Shown piece after piece: positions 9,218 to 17,428 of a stretch of DNA of 64,000 nucleotides. The position numbers and the translations under genes are program-made. How positions within the stretch are numbered: the first letter of the stretch is position 1; each line of letters begins with the position of its first letter. Where the stretch lies: positions 10,817 to 74,816 of the forward strand of contig RZYM01000008.1 of assembly GCA_009930305.1 (NCBI GenBank). The letters run 5' to 3'. The notes under the pieces are model-generated. The model made no database searches. It was not told the origin of the DNA and saw only the letters and a list, made by a program, of their open reading frames with translations. This DNA comes from Bacteroidia bacterium (GTDB lineage Bacteria > Bacteroidota > Bacteroidia > Bacteroidales > Paludibacteraceae).

Positions 9218-10125
9218 TTTAATCCTGTTAAGCGTAGAAATGAAGTTGGAACCGGAATCTCAAAAGCAACAAGTTTTTTTGTGACAGGGTGCTTAAATTT
9301 CAGCGTTTCGGCGTGTAAGCACAAACGTTTTGCGGGACTATTACTACCACCATATTTAGTATCTCCTGTAACCGGATGACCGATACTTTGCAGATGCACA
9401 CGAATTTGATTTTTCCTTCCTGTTTCCAAATTAAGTTTCAACAAAGAATATTTTTTATTTGCTGCAACAACTTCGTAGTGAGTAACTGCATATTGCCCAC
9501 CATTATCCTTTAAACTTGAATGCATTTTCTTTTGAACATCTTCAGTTAAATATGAAGCTATAGTTCCTTTGGCCTGTTCAAAAACGCCTTCTGCTACTGC
9601 AATATAAGTACGCTCTTGTACCAAATCGTTCCAATTATCTCTTAAAATTTCTTGTACTTCTTTTGTTTTAGCAAACATCATCACTCCCGATGTATCTCTA
9701 TCTAATCTATGAACAACATATATATGGCTACCTCTTCCGTATGCACGCATATATGTGTTTAATAAATGAGAAGCTGTTTCAAATCCGTCTTTTTCTGTTC
9801 TAACTGATAATAGACCTTCTTTTTTGTCTACTACCAATATTGCATCATCTTCGTAAATGATTTTCAAACTCGGATGATCTAAAACATGTCCCCTTTCACC
9901 TTTTGAAGATCTTATATCAATTCTATCGCCAGGTTTAAGCATATAATCATGCTGAACCAGCATAATCTCGCCATTTAAAAACAACTGTCTATGAGTAAGC
10001 AATGATTTCAATGTCGTTTTGCTATAATCAGGTAATTTTAACGACAAAAATTCCATCAATGGTTTTGCTTCTGTTACTTTTAATGAAAACTGCTTTTGAT
10101 TTGATGATGTTGGTTTGTTCCGCAT
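9214..10125 (-). CDS. RluA-family 23S rRNA/tRNA pseudouridine synthase with N-terminal S4 domain
   Basis: 303 aa. Catalytic motif HRLDRDTSGVMMFAK and C-terminal RKNQIRVHL. 4-nt overlap with the next gene. Confidence 0.9.
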   Translation of the reverse strand: MRNKPTSSNQKQFSLKVTEAKPLMEFLSLKLPDYSKTTLKSLLTHRQLFLNGEIMLVQHDYMLKPGDRIDIRSSKGERGHVLDHPSLKIIYEDDAILVVDKKEGLLSVRTEKDGFETASHLLNTYMRAYGRGSHIYVVHRLDRDTSGVMMFAKTKEVQEILRDNWNDLVQERTYIAVAEGVFEQAKGTIASYLTEDVQKKMHSSLKDNGGQYAVTHYEVVAANKKYSLLKLNLETGRKNQIRVHLQSIGHPVTGDTKYGGSNSPAKRLCLHAETLKFKHPVTKKLVAFEIPVPTSFLRLTGLK

Positions 10126-10145
10126 ATCTCTTTTATATATAAGAA

Positions 10146-10153
10146 CAAAGGTA
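10146..10153 (-). promoter_or_regulatory. -7 element TAccTTTG for the rluA-like/xseAB operon
   Basis: + strand caaaggta gives minus-strand TACCTTTG, 20 nt upstream of ATG 10125. Confidence 0.5.
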
Positions 10154-10273
10154 CGTTTTTTTTTCGATTAACAATCTGATATAACAACTACACATCATTT
10201 TAAACAAAAATTTAAATACTGTTTTAAGCGAATAAATTATTGACTTTTGTTTGGATATACAACAAAATTAACG

Positions 10274-10281
10274 TACATTTG
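10274..10281 (+). promoter_or_regulatory. -7 element TAcaTTTG for the ytxH-like unit
   Basis: tacatttg lies 38 nt upstream of ATG 10320. TTTG motifs are present about 25-30 nt further upstream. Confidence 0.5.
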
Positions 10282-10306
10282 CCTTAATAATCACTTACAA
10301 AACAAT

Positions 10307-10312
10307 AGGAGG
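10307..10312 (+). promoter_or_regulatory. canonical Shine-Dalgarno AGGAGG, 7-nt spacer to ATG
   Basis: Sequence reads aggagg-cactatt-atg. This is unusual because the other starts in the window have A-rich leaders without an SD. Confidence 0.5.
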
Positions 10313-10319
10313 CACTATT

Positions 10320-10565
10320 ATGAACATTAAAAATGTATTGGCATTTGTCGGTGGCTTAGCTGTCGGTGCTGCAGTCGGTATATTATTTGCTCCAGAAAAA
10401 GGTAAGGACACTCGTGTAAAAATAATTGCATACTTAGCTGAAAAAGGCATTTCAAAAGATCGTTTTGAAGAAATTATTGCGAAAGTAAAAGCTAAAATTT
10501 CAGACTTTAGCAATTTCGATGATGTAAAAATTGCTGTTGACGAAGCTTTAAATGAAGAAGCATGA
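10320..10565 (+). CDS. YtxH domain-containing protein
   Basis: 81 aa. N-terminal TM helix followed by GILFAPEKGKDTR, the YtxH signature. Confidence 0.8.
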   Translation: MNIKNVLAFVGGLAVGAAVGILFAPEKGKDTRVKIIAYLAEKGISKDRFEEIIAKVKAKISDFSNFDDVKIAVDEALNEEA

Positions 10566-10939
10566 AACTAGATCCTGAATACAAACAGTTGCTGAATGAT
10601 GCAAAAGAGTACATCTCACTGCGATATGACTTATTGAGATTGGAAGTTTTAGAAAAGCTTTCGCTAATTTTGTCATTATTTATCTTAATAGTCGTATCTG
10701 TGATGCTAGCTTTAGTTGCATTTGTCTATTTTTCTTTAGCATTTGCATATTATTTAAAATCCTTATTAGGAAGTATGACGCCCGGTTTATGTATAATCGG
10801 AGGAATTTTTATACTGATGCTCATCTTGATTGCCTTATTACGCAAACAATTGATAATCAATCCATTAATTAAGCATGTCAGTAAAATATTATTTAAGGAT
10901 AATGATAATCATAACGGAAGTGATAATTCAAAAATTTAA
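10562..10939 (+). CDS. small two-TM membrane protein (holin-X/'phage holin family'-like partner of YtxH)
   Basis: 125 aa. Amphipathic N-terminus, then two long hydrophobic helices. ATGA overlap with the ytxH-like stop. Confidence 0.6.
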   Translation: MKLDPEYKQLLNDAKEYISLRYDLLRLEVLEKLSLILSLFILIVVSVMLALVAFVYFSLAFAYYLKSLLGSMTPGLCIIGGIFILMLILIALLRKQLIINPLIKHVSKILFKDNDNHNGSDNSKI

Positions 10940-10956
10940 GATAACTGACAATAAAT

Positions 10957-11244
10957 ATGAGCATAAATTATAGTCAGATAAAAAGCACAGACCAGATTGA
11001 TCGCGAAAGGCGTTCTCTAATACGTAGAATTGATCAACAAAAACTTGCAATAGATAATAGTTTTGGAGTTGCAAAAGCACGCTTCGCCGATAATTTTTCT
11101 GTCTTTGGAATAATTAAAAATATATCAAAAAGTTTTTTGTCCTTTAAAAGCACATCAAGTCAAATGATATCGGCTATAGGTATCGGTTACAAAATAGCCT
11201 CATCACTGTACAAGCGCTATAAAGGGAAAAAAGCTTCAATATAA
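10957..11244 (+). CDS. hypothetical protein (third gene of the YtxH unit)
   Basis: 95 aa, basic C-terminus, no motif recognised. Coding status is supported only by position between the upstream gene and the terminator. Confidence 0.45.
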   Translation: MSINYSQIKSTDQIDRERRSLIRRIDQQKLAIDNSFGVAKARFADNFSVFGIIKNISKSFLSFKSTSSQMISAIGIGYKIASSLYKRYKGKKASI

Positions 11245-11246
11245 AT

Positions 11247-11289
11247 GAACGGACCACTCTATCGTTGAGAAGTCCGTTCGTTTTATTTT
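11247..11289 (+). terminator. intrinsic terminator
   Basis: gaacggac...gtccgttc stem (11247-11279) followed by gttttatttt, starting 3 nt after the stop at 11244. Confidence 0.6.
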
Positions 11290-11366
11290 AGTGGATTTTG
11301 CGCACATATTGACATTGTCATTCGCAATTATATAGTGTTATTATATAATAAAGTCATAAATTATAT

Positions 11367-11374
11367 TATCTTTG
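11367..11374 (+). promoter_or_regulatory. -7 element TAtcTTTG for the T9SS cassette
   Basis: tatctttg lies 41 nt upstream of ATG 11416. Confidence 0.5.
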
Positions 11375-11415
11375 CAGATTATCAAAAAAAATAATTACCA
11401 AATCAATACACTCTC

Positions 11416-14283
11416 ATGAAAAATCACGCAATAAAACGCATTGCTCATATAGCTACGTTTATGACAATTCCTCTTTTGTCGTTTGCTATTTCATTCACGA
11501 CTAGTCCAAAGCATCCATCATGCCATGGCCTGCCGGACGGAAGCATTACTGTTTCAGTCACAGGCGCGTCAGGAACCGTTTACTACTCATTAAAGGCAGA
11601 TTTTAGTGAGCAGCAAATAGACAACAACGTTTTCCTAAATCTTCCGGCAGGATTGTATGACGTGTATGTAAAAGATGATAGCGGCGTAAAAGGGCCATCT
11701 ATTGTTCAATTAGTAGAACCGGATGAAATCAATATTACAGCTACGGCAAAACCCAGTGCTTGTTCTAATGGTGAAATTGAAATACAAGCTCAAGGTGGTA
11801 CACAGCCATATTTGTACAGTTTGAATAATTTTACAGGAGATGGACAACAAACAAACACTTTTCGTAATCTAATAGCAGGAAATTACACGGTATATGTAAA
11901 GGATGCAAACGGATGTTTAAAAACATCTGCTAGTCCGGTCGTTGTAAATGATGTTAAAATGTCTGTTGGTCAACCAAGTACAATTCAAACCAAATGCGCA
12001 GAAACAGCCGATGGAAATGCAATTACAATTGTAAAAGGTGGCGTACCAAGTGCTTCTGGTAATCCATACGTTGCCACATTATTTAAAAACAATGTAGCCT
12101 ACCCTGTTACAGATATTTTATTTACAGATATGTCAGGAGATACAAGAATAACCATAGGGGCTCTTTCTAAAGGAACATACACCGGTACAATATCTGACCA
12201 AACAGGTTGTGCCATTCCATTGTCATTTGTAATTGAAGGACCTGCAGAGCTATCTTCTATTCTTCAAAACAAAACTGATGTATTATGTAAAGGTTTATCT
12301 ACCGGTACAGTTAATATCATTAGTAATGGAGGAACCAAACCTTACACAGTAACGTGCAACGGAGGAACAATTGTAACAGTTGAAAACAATACAAATATCA
12401 GCCAACTATTAGCCGGTGATTATCAAATTTCAATAACCGATGCAAATGCATGCGTTGATAAAACAGGCATCATTAACGTTACGATAAACGAGCCTCTTAA
12501 CGAGCTTACATACTCCCCTAATGGAAACAATGTAGATTGCTTCGGAGCATCAACCGGTAAAATATTTGGTGAAGCTAATGGAGGTACACTACCATATATT
12601 TACAATATAACAAACACAACAACTCCTTATACTGCTGCTAACACAACCGGTACCTTCGAGAATTTACCAATGGGTAATTACACAGCTACGGTTAAAGACA
12701 AAAATAATTGTTCTGTAACAACTACCGATATTATAATTGGTGAACCGGAAGAAATAGTAATAGATGATATTAAAACAAATCCGGCAGCGAACGTAATCTG
12801 CAAAGGAGATAAAACAGCCTCCGTTAAATTTACACTAATCGGTCGCACACAAATCGTAGCACCTACAGATACTGCCATTTACTATAGAGTTTCTCTATTT
12901 AACATTACAGAGCAAACAGAGGTTACTTCTGCTGATTTAAAATACGCCAATAAATTTCATCCTGTATTAACTAAAATCAGATACGAGCAAGAACCTGTTA
13001 TAGACCCTGAAACAGGCGAACCTGCAGTTGATCCGGAAACAGGTGATCCTATTACAATTAGAGTCGCATACAAAGATACATTATGGACAGATGGTTGCCA
13101 TGAGCCAACTAAAGAATTAGAAATCACTGACTATACAGTAGATAAAAAAGGTTTCGATTGTGATGATTACGTTACAGTTTCAAATTTAGGTGAAGCTGCT
13201 TACAGAATATCTTTCTTCCGTGGCAATTGTCAAATAGGAAATGACATTGAGTTTTCTGTAGGTAGAACAGGAGATGTACCTGCTTCAGTTAAATTAAATG
13301 GGATGACCCCGGTTTGCGATGGTACAACAATTACAATCACCCCTGAAATTGTATCAACTCCGGCAACCAGTTCTTACAAATGGTACTTGGACGGAATTCA
13401 AGTAGGCACAACTAAAGTATTTGAGCATGCATATATTGCTGCTGAAAACAATCGAATATTAATATTAGAAGCCACTAACCGATGTGGAACTACTGCTTCA
13501 AATGCAATGAGTGTACATGTATGGCCAAGACCTACGGCAATAGTAGAAACTAAAGAAGAATTCCTTTGTGAAGGCAAATCAACACAAGTAAATTTTGAAT
13601 TTAAAGGTACTGCTCCATTCTATTACACTCTACCGGACGGACAAGAATTAACGACTACAAATGCTGTTGAGAAAACCACCGTCACACCTATGGAAAGTGC
13701 AGCATATACACTTATAGCATTACGCGATGCAAATTGTGAATCTATAATTGAAACAGACGTAACTCCAACTTACATAACAATATACGCCAAACCTGAATAT
13801 TCAATGACAATTGAGGTTCCTGATCCTATGGTAAACGGAAGAGTTGTAACAGTAACTGCCACACCGGGCTTCATTGATTATAAATTAAAAGTTAATGGCA
13901 TTGATATTCCTGAAGCTGAAACATCAAATGTATTTAAACCCAAACAATTTGGATACGGCACTTCAAACAACACATTTGCTATGACAATTGAAGACGCCAA
14001 TGGATGCATCTGGGATATGGAACAAAGCGAAATAATAGAATCAACAATATTTCCAAATATATTCACTCCTAACGAAGATGGTGTAAATGATATCTTCTTA
14101 AAAGACTATAACATTGAAGTTTTTGACCGTTGGGGAACATTGATTTACAAAGGTAATGAAGGTTGGAACGGCAAACACAATGGTGTTTATGCAAATCCGG
14201 GTGTATATTTATATACAGTAAGAATAAATGATACTACAGGTGTAGAAACAGTTATTAAAAGCACTGTAACAGTTGAACGCTAA
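11416..14283 (+). CDS. SprB-repeat cell-surface protein with T9SS type-B C-terminal sorting domain (gliding-motility-associated CTD)
   Basis: 955 aa. Signal peptide and at least 6 SprB-type repeats (C-x-G-x-x-(D/T)G-x-I...GG-x-x-PY-x-Y, e.g. CHGLPDGSITVSVTGASGTVYYSL, CFGASTGKIFGEANGGTLPYIYNI). C-terminus IFPNIFTPNEDGVNDIF...FDRWGTLIY...WNGKHNG...PGVYLYTV matches the type-B CTD. Confidence 0.85.
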   Translation: MKNHAIKRIAHIATFMTIPLLSFAISFTTSPKHPSCHGLPDGSITVSVTGASGTVYYSLKADFSEQQIDNNVFLNLPAGLYDVYVKDDSGVKGPSIVQLVEPDEINITATAKPSACSNGEIEIQAQGGTQPYLYSLNNFTGDGQQTNTFRNLIAGNYTVYVKDANGCLKTSASPVVVNDVKMSVGQPSTIQTKCAETADGNAITIVKGGVPSASGNPYVATLFKNNVAYPVTDILFTDMSGDTRITIGALSKGTYTGTISDQTGCAIPLSFVIEGPAELSSILQNKTDVLCKGLSTGTVNIISNGGTKPYTVTCNGGTIVTVENNTNISQLLAGDYQISITDANACVDKTGIINVTINEPLNELTYSPNGNNVDCFGASTGKIFGEANGGTLPYIYNITNTTTPYTAANTTGTFENLPMGNYTATVKDKNNCSVTTTDIIIGEPEEIVIDDIKTNPAANVICKGDKTASVKFTLIGRTQIVAPTDTAIYYRVSLFNITEQTEVTSADLKYANKFHPVLTKIRYEQEPVIDPETGEPAVDPETGDPITIRVAYKDTLWTDGCHEPTKELEITDYTVDKKGFDCDDYVTVSNLGEAAYRISFFRGNCQIGNDIEFSVGRTGDVPASVKLNGMTPVCDGTTITITPEIVSTPATSSYKWYLDGIQVGTTKVFEHAYIAAENNRILILEATNRCGTTASNAMSVHVWPRPTAIVETKEEFLCEGKSTQVNFEFKGTAPFYYTLPDGQELTTTNAVEKTTVTPMESAAYTLIALRDANCESIIETDVTPTYITIYAKPEYSMTIEVPDPMVNGRVVTVTATPGFIDYKLKVNGIDIPEAETSNVFKPKQFGYGTSNNTFAMTIEDANGCIWDMEQSEIIESTIFPNIFTPNEDGVNDIFLKDYNIEVFDRWGTLIYKGNEGWNGKHNGVYANPGVYLYTVRINDTTGVETVIKSTVTVER

Positions 14284-14298
14284 ACAAACGCATTATAT

Positions 14299-16476
14299 AT
14301 GAAACTCAACAGAAATATACTGCTTTTAGCAGTTTGTACATTAATAATCAGTTCTGCTAATGCAGGAAATAGTGCAGGTGATACCCGTTTTCTTCAAAAA
14401 GATTACGTAGGAGCTATAGAGAAATACAAACGCACTATTGAAAAAGCAGGCGAATCAGAAAGAAGCAAAAACAAAGTTGCATACGCCAAGTTTAAAATTG
14501 GAGAATGTCATTCATACTTAAATCAGCCACAAGAAGCTGTTACTTTCATTAGCGAAGCAATTTTATCAGGATATGATAAGGCAGAAGCATATCTTGCATA
14601 TGGTAAAAACCTACAAAAGATGGGCGAATACAAACGTGCAAAAGCCGCTTTTGAAGAATATGGGCGTTTGAATCCTACTGATAAATCTGTAAAAAATTTG
14701 AAAGCATCATGCGACTTTGCTATACGTCATGCTGCCAAGAATCCTATTTCGCCGGAAGAAAGTCTAAATGGAATTAATACTGCCGGTATGGAATATGGTA
14801 TCGGGTATTATCAAAGTGGCATTATTTATGCCTCTACAAGTAATACAAAAAAAGGAATCTTGTCAAAAATGTATTATGCAGACCACAATGATAATTTCTC
14901 AACATCAAGACCTGTAGATAATATGGTAAAGTCATGGAGAGGTCAAAATACAGGTACATTTACGGTTGATACAATTAATAATATATTGTATTACACACGT
15001 TGCTTAAGCAATGAAAATAACGATTGTTTTATATACCACTCTGTTTACAAAAAAGGCAAATGGATAAACAAAGGTATACTAAACATCGGTGACAGACATA
15101 CAGATGCTGCACATCCTGCCCTATCGCCTGATGGTAATCGTTTGTATTTTACATCTAATATTGCTGGTGGTTATGGTGGTTCGGACATCTGGTATGTAGA
15201 GAAAAAAGCAAACGGAAGATGGAGCAAAAAGCCTATTAATGTTGGAGCCGTAGTTAACACAGCAGGCAATGAAGCATTTCCTTATGTTGAAGGCAATACA
15301 CTAATATTTGCATCAGACGGACATATAGGATTCGGTGGATACGACTTATACAGTGCACAAATAGACGGATTCTCAATTGCTGGTGTTCAAAACTTAATGA
15401 AACCTGTAAATTCATCGTTTGATGATATTAATTTGATTGTTTCAGAACCAAACGATGAAGCTTTCTTAGTTAGTAGTAGACATCCTGAAACCAACGACGA
15501 CATTTATCGTTTTGAAGGAATATTCACAAGTATGATGGTTTCGGGCCATGTATTTAATAAGAATACTCAAGAGCCTATAGAAAACGCACAAGTTATTATA
15601 AATGGAATGGGCAAATCTCAAACAGTACAGACAAACGATGAAGGATACTATTACGCATTTATCGAAGCCGGAGATTTCTATAAATTGTTAGCTAGTTCTA
15701 TAGGATATATATCAGACATGTCAATGATTAAAACAGAAAAATCCGCAATAGGAACTTTCCCTGTTGAACAAGATTTCTATCTATCACAATCGGCAATGTC
15801 AATAAGTGGTCGCGTATATGATTTGGAAACAAATGAACCATTTATTAATGAAGACGTTTTCCTATTAGAAGGAAGTGAAACTATTCAACAAACAAAAACA
15901 GACATTACCGGTCGCTACTTGTTTACTGACTTAGTAAATGGTAAAGAATATCAAGTTAAGGTTAACAAACCGAACTTCTTGACTATTAGTAGTAAACCTT
16001 TTATATATCATGAAGGCGACGGAGAAAATAGCGGTTTCGATCTTGCATCAATTTCTTATAACAAAGGTAATGAAGATTCTATGAATAGGAATGGCCGCAA
16101 TTCAAATGATGACGGGTCTGTTTCTTACGGACGCGAGATTTCATTGCACGAAATTTACTACAATTTCGATAGTGCAAACTTATCTCCTGAATCAAAAGAT
16201 GCTTTACACAGGATAGTTTTATTACTTAATTCAAATCCTACTTTAAAATTGGAATTCGGTTCACATACAGATATGAGAGGTACAGATGAATACAATGATC
16301 AACTATCGGTAGACAGAGCTAAATCAGTTGTTGATTATTTGGTTGGTGCTGGTATTAATCGAGCACGCTTAACATGGAAGGGATACGGCAAAAAATATCC
16401 GGTTGTTGAACATGCAATTACAGAAGAAGAACACAGATTGAATCGTCGCACCACATTTAAAATAGTTGAAAAATAA
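14299..16476 (+). CDS. PorE-like multidomain OmpA-family protein (TPR + PD40/TolB-like beta-propeller + 2 CarboxypepD_reg-like + OmpA_C)
   Basis: 725 aa. TPR-like N-terminus (AYLAYGKNLQKMGEYKRAKAAFEEY). PD40 motif (HPALSPDGNRLYFTSN). CRD units (VSGHVFNKNTQEPIENAQV.., ISGRVYDLETNEPF..). OmpA_C peptidoglycan-binding motif (NFDSANL...GSHTDMRGTDEYNDQLSVDRAKSV..GYG). Confidence 0.8.
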   Translation: MKLNRNILLLAVCTLIISSANAGNSAGDTRFLQKDYVGAIEKYKRTIEKAGESERSKNKVAYAKFKIGECHSYLNQPQEAVTFISEAILSGYDKAEAYLAYGKNLQKMGEYKRAKAAFEEYGRLNPTDKSVKNLKASCDFAIRHAAKNPISPEESLNGINTAGMEYGIGYYQSGIIYASTSNTKKGILSKMYYADHNDNFSTSRPVDNMVKSWRGQNTGTFTVDTINNILYYTRCLSNENNDCFIYHSVYKKGKWINKGILNIGDRHTDAAHPALSPDGNRLYFTSNIAGGYGGSDIWYVEKKANGRWSKKPINVGAVVNTAGNEAFPYVEGNTLIFASDGHIGFGGYDLYSAQIDGFSIAGVQNLMKPVNSSFDDINLIVSEPNDEAFLVSSRHPETNDDIYRFEGIFTSMMVSGHVFNKNTQEPIENAQVIINGMGKSQTVQTNDEGYYYAFIEAGDFYKLLASSIGYISDMSMIKTEKSAIGTFPVEQDFYLSQSAMSISGRVYDLETNEPFINEDVFLLEGSETIQQTKTDITGRYLFTDLVNGKEYQVKVNKPNFLTISSKPFIYHEGDGENSGFDLASISYNKGNEDSMNRNGRNSNDDGSVSYGREISLHEIYYNFDSANLSPESKDALHRIVLLLNSNPTLKLEFGSHTDMRGTDEYNDQLSVDRAKSVVDYLVGAGINRARLTWKGYGKKYPVVEHAITEEEHRLNRRTTFKIVEK

Positions 16477-16492
16477 CCTAAAATAAAGCACC

Positions 16493-17416
16493 ATGAATAA
16501 ATTTAATAAGATATGCCTGTTTTTGATGTTGCTGCCATTAACAATGCAAGCTCAAAGCGATCCACAGATAAGCCAGCATCTTTTCAGCAAAACTCATTAT
16601 AATCCAGCAGCAACAGGAGCATCTACCTATGGTAATATTACTTTAATAGGCAGACACCAGTTTTTGGGATATAGCGGAGCTCCTTCAACAGGCTTACTAA
16701 ACTTTGACATGCTTGCACCAAGTATAAATTCAGGATTTGGATTATCTGTAGTGTACGACCGCTTTGGACCACTAATTTCATACAATGCAATGGTAAATTA
16801 TGCATACCATCTTAAAACCGGCGAAAATCAACATTTGTCGTTTGGTCTAGGTGCAGGTATACAAGTTCATCAGTATGATGCCAGTGGCAATATCTACGAA
16901 AATGAGAGTGACCCTAGCGAATATTACGATAGAGACACTCAATTTGCACCAACTGTAAACTTCGGATTAGAATACAATCTAAAGAATTGGGTTATTGGTG
17001 CTTCTATTACAAACATACAACGCTATTTTATGAAGAGTGATTTACGTTTCCCGAATGTAAATTACTATTTATACACACGTTATCGTTTCGAACTAGGACG
17101 CTATTGGGATTTAATTCCAAGTATTGCAGCGCATTACGACAACTGCACTGTTAATACCGAACTAAACTTAACTGTCCAATATATCAAACTATTTTGGATA
17201 GGTGTATCTTATAGAATGAGTGACTTATTCTTAGCTGAATCCGTAGTTCCAATGGTTGGTTTTAATATTACAGATTTTGTGCGCATAGGTTATGCGTACG
17301 ATTATAACCTAACCCAATTAAACCAATATAGCAAAGGATCTCATGAGTTATTATTAACAATTCGCTTCAAAACGAAAGGTGATACCTATAAAACACCTCG
17401 TTTCGCCGAATGGTAA
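16493..17416 (+). CDS. PorP/SprF-family type IX secretion system outer-membrane protein
   Basis: 307 aa. Signal peptide, then QSDPQISQHLFSKTHYNPAATG (PorP/SprF N-terminal signature). Beta-barrel-like alternating pattern to the C-terminus. Confidence 0.85.
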   Translation: MNKFNKICLFLMLLPLTMQAQSDPQISQHLFSKTHYNPAATGASTYGNITLIGRHQFLGYSGAPSTGLLNFDMLAPSINSGFGLSVVYDRFGPLISYNAMVNYAYHLKTGENQHLSFGLGAGIQVHQYDASGNIYENESDPSEYYDRDTQFAPTVNFGLEYNLKNWVIGASITNIQRYFMKSDLRFPNVNYYLYTRYRFELGRYWDLIPSIAAHYDNCTVNTELNLTVQYIKLFWIGVSYRMSDLFLAESVVPMVGFNITDFVRIGYAYDYNLTQLNQYSKGSHELLLTIRFKTKGDTYKTPRFAEW

Positions 17417-17428
17417 TGGTTTGATATT

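Noticed and set aside
10562-10939. Prophage remnant, suggested by the 'phage holin family' similarity
   Set aside because: No other phage-like genes (terminase, capsid, integrase, lysin) occur anywhere in the window. The gene is part of a YtxH-type unit.
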